Below are positions 62,701 to 64,000 of a DNA stretch of 64,000 nt, piece by piece. Made by a program: the position numbers and the translations under genes. A model generated the notes under the pieces. The model saw nothing but the letters and a program-made list of their open reading frames with translations. It did not search any database and was not told the DNA's origin. This stretch comes from the human T2T-CHM13v2.0 reference genome, Homo sapiens, in NCBI RefSeq assembly GCF_009914755.1, contig NC_060934.1; one strand, given 5' to 3'. Each line of letters starts with the position of its first letter. Within the stretch, counting starts at the first letter, position 1.

Positions 62701-64000
62701 TTGTGTGTATTCAAGTCACAGAGTTGAACCTTCCTTTAGACAGAGCAGTTTTGAAAAATTCTTTCTGTGGAGTTTGCAAGTGGAGATTTCAAGCGATTTG
62801 AGGCTAATCTTTGAAATGGAAATATCTTCGTGTAAAAACTACACAGAATCATTCTCAGAAACTGCTTTGTCATCTGTGCGTTCAGTTCACAGAGTTTCAC
62901 CTTTCTCTTCATAGAGCAGTTTGGAAAGACTCTGTCTGTAAAGTCTGCAAGTGATTAGTTAGACCCCTTTGAGGCCTTCGTTGGAAGCGGGATTTCTCAT
63001 TTACTGCTAGACAGAAGAATTCTCAGTAAATCCTTTGTGTTGTGTGTATTCAACTCACAGAGTGGAACCTTCCTTTATTCAGAGCAGTTTTGAAAAACAC
63101 TTTTTGTGGAATTTGCAAGTGGAGATTTCAAGCGATTTGACGCCAATCTTAGACATGGAAATATCTTCATATTAAAAGTACACAGAGTCATTCGTAGAAA
63201 CTAGTTTGTGATGTGTGCCTTCAACTCACAGAGTTTAACCTTTCTTTTCATAGAGCAGTTTGGAAACACTCTATTTGTAAAGTCTGCAAGTGGATATTTG
63301 GACCTCTTTGAGGCCTTCGTTGGAAACGGGATTTCTTCATACAACGCTAGACAGAAGAATTCTCAGTAACTTCTTTGTGTTGTGTGTATTCAACTCACAG
63401 AGTTGAACCTTTCTTTAGAGAGAGCAGAGTTGAAACACTCTGTTTTTGGAATTTGCAACTGCAGATTTCAAGCGATTCTAGGCCTATGGCAGAAAAGGAA
63501 ATATCTTCGTATAAAAACTACACAGAATCATTCTCAACAACTACTTTGTGATGTGTGCGTTCAACTCACAGAGTTTAACCTTTCTTTTCATAGAGCAGTT
63601 TGGAAACACTCTGTTTGTAAAGCCTGCAAGTGCTTTTTTGCACTTCATTGAGGCCTTCGTTGGAAACGGGATTTCTTCATATAATGCTAGACAGAAGAAT
63701 TCTCAGTCACTTCTTTGTGTTGTGTGTATTCAAGTCACAGAGTTGAACCTTCCTTTAGACAGAGCAGTTTTGAAAAATTCTTTCTGTGTAATTTGCAAGT
63801 GGAGATTTCAAGCGATTTGAGGCTAATCTTTGAAATGGAAATATCTTCGTGTAAAAACTACACAGAATCATTCTCAGAAACTGCTTTGTCATCTGTGCGT
63901 TCAGTTCACAGAGTTTCACCTTTCTCTTCATAGAGCAGTTTGGAAAGACTCTGTCTGTAAAGTCTGCAAGTGATTAGTTAGACCCCTTTGAGGCCTTCGT

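Larger units (their letters stand above)
1..64000 (+). repeat. Alpha-satellite higher-order repeat array, SF1 dimeric type (probably human chr10 D10Z1 / S1C10H1L)
   Basis: Continuous ~170-bp monomers with alphoid consensus (CATTCTCAGAAAC..TTTGTGATGTGTG..TTCAACTCACAGAGTT.AAC). GAATTC and a CENP-B box recur every ~339-340 bp. HOR copies are near-identical with periods of 1357 and 1019 bp, and each has one GTAC (RsaI, e.g. 391-394). The alpha-satellite call is certain; the chr10 assignment is from recalled HOR structure (about 0.8). Confidence 0.99.

Noticed and set aside
761-63548. The 8/6 order as a quasi-periodic (Fibonacci-like) or information-bearing code
   Set aside because: Both 8-8 and 6-6-6 occur, which breaks such a rule, and nested tandem duplications marked by shared SNVs explain the order.
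595-63933. About 190 ORFs of 60-127 aa, all on the + strand (MCIQL.., MMCAF.., MCCVY.., MCVQL..)
   Set aside because: They are the same few overlapping frames repeated with each HOR, mostly start at TTG/GTG and have no recognisable domain. Their Cys/Phe richness comes from TG/T-rich satellite DNA, and the strand bias follows from the single array orientation.
189-63999. Regularly spaced conserved motif (GAGGCCTTCGTTGGAAACGGGATTTC) resembling a CRISPR repeat
   Set aside because: The intervening ~320 bp are themselves repeated satellite rather than unique spacers, there are no cas genes, and the motif is the CENP-B box.
1-64000. Possible L1/Alu insertion, inversion or non-satellite island
   Set aside because: Unit lengths sum exactly across the window, all boxes are on the same strand, and no poly-A tail or foreign sequence was seen.
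1-64000. Alternative assignment to other SF1 arrays (chr12 8-mer, chr7 6-mer, chr1/5/19 dimer)
   Set aside because: An 8-mer co-occurring abundantly with its derived 6-mer, with one RsaI site per unit, fits chr10 better as I recall. An HMM or BLAST search against HOR consensus sequences is needed to settle it.

Overview
The whole 64 kb is one uninterrupted, head-to-tail array of primate (human-type) centromeric alpha-satellite in a single orientation. It consists of ~170-bp monomers organised as suprachromosomal-family-1 (SF1) ~340-bp dimers, with an EcoRI site and a CENP-B box in every dimer. Two higher-order repeat (HOR) units are interleaved: an 8-monomer unit (1357 bp, 23 copies) and a 6-monomer unit (1019 bp, 31 copies) between positions 761 and 63548. 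An SF1 8-mer plus 6-mer with one RsaI site per unit best fits the chromosome 10 active array (D10Z1/S1C10H1L), an assignment from recall rather than a search. There are no genes, RNA genes, transposons, inversions or CRISPR arrays. The ~190 short ORFs are the same few spurious frames repeated with the satellite. I did not find a new gene-encoded system. What deserves a second look is the array's internal history: non-random 8/6 ordering, nested 14-, 20- and 22-mer super-repeats, multi-kb duplications at 14,934, 11,876 and 8,143 bp offsets, a recombinant junction mappable to 5 bp, conversion-like patches and one disrupted CENP-B box.
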